Assembly: GCA_040954595.2 (NCBI GenBank)
Contig: CM082584.2
Span: 916,281 to 980,280, forward strand
Length of the DNA: 64,000 bases
Reading direction: 5' to 3'
Origin: Balanoglossus misakiensis
Lineage: Eukaryota; Animalia; Hemichordata
Shown piece by piece: positions 63,751 to 64,000 of this stretch (its first letter is position 1; each line of letters opens with the position of its first letter). A model generated the notes under the pieces. It made no database searches. It had not been told where the DNA came from and saw only the letters and a program-made list of their open reading frames with translations. The translations under genes and the position numbers were made by a program.

Positions 63751-64000
63751 CTGCAATAGACATCATTGTTGAAAAATTATTTTTTCAACCAAAGAGATGA
63801 ACATTCCAATTGTCATTCTTTCCATATTGGATCACACCACAATAATTTGATATATACGTCACAATTCCCGGCAAGGGGTATGGGGTTTTATCGGGCCAGT
63901 GGCATGAGTGAGGCTAGACGCTAGTTTTGGAATACGGCTAGATACTAGGCTATGGCTGTGGACGAGGAGGAGATATTGCCTTCTGTTATACATACCAAAA

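Overview
AT-rich eukaryotic (metazoan, probably marine-invertebrate) DNA with GT-AG spliced genes and dense transposon debris; no prokaryotic features, rRNA, tRNA or CRISPR array. In order: microsatellite and a 309-bp tandem array interrupted by a 5'-truncated CR1/L2-type LINE (0.8-6.9 kb); three broken copies of a spliced tandem OB-fold (RPA-like) gene around a head-to-head inverted repeat (7.1-13.3 kb); a GC-rich coding remnant followed by a full-length Ty3/Gypsy element with identical 204-bp LTRs (14.7-19.6 kb); a ~29-kb nested inverted duplication (arms 20994-32162 and 38456-50020) whose arms each contain further inverted repeats and arm-specific MITE/Helentron insertions, and whose 6.3-kb spacer holds an internally deleted pentraxin gene; a 54-unit 86/82-bp satellite with a 1766-bp higher-order repeat and a TACATGTA motif at each edge (50.0-54.6 kb); LTR, LINE and MITE remnants; and the last seven exons of a minus-strand membrane protein with GCC2/GCC3 repeats, EGF domains, a TM helix and an NPxY tail (60.8-63.8 kb). 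Alignments and identities were judged by eye; family names rest on motif recognition, not database searches.
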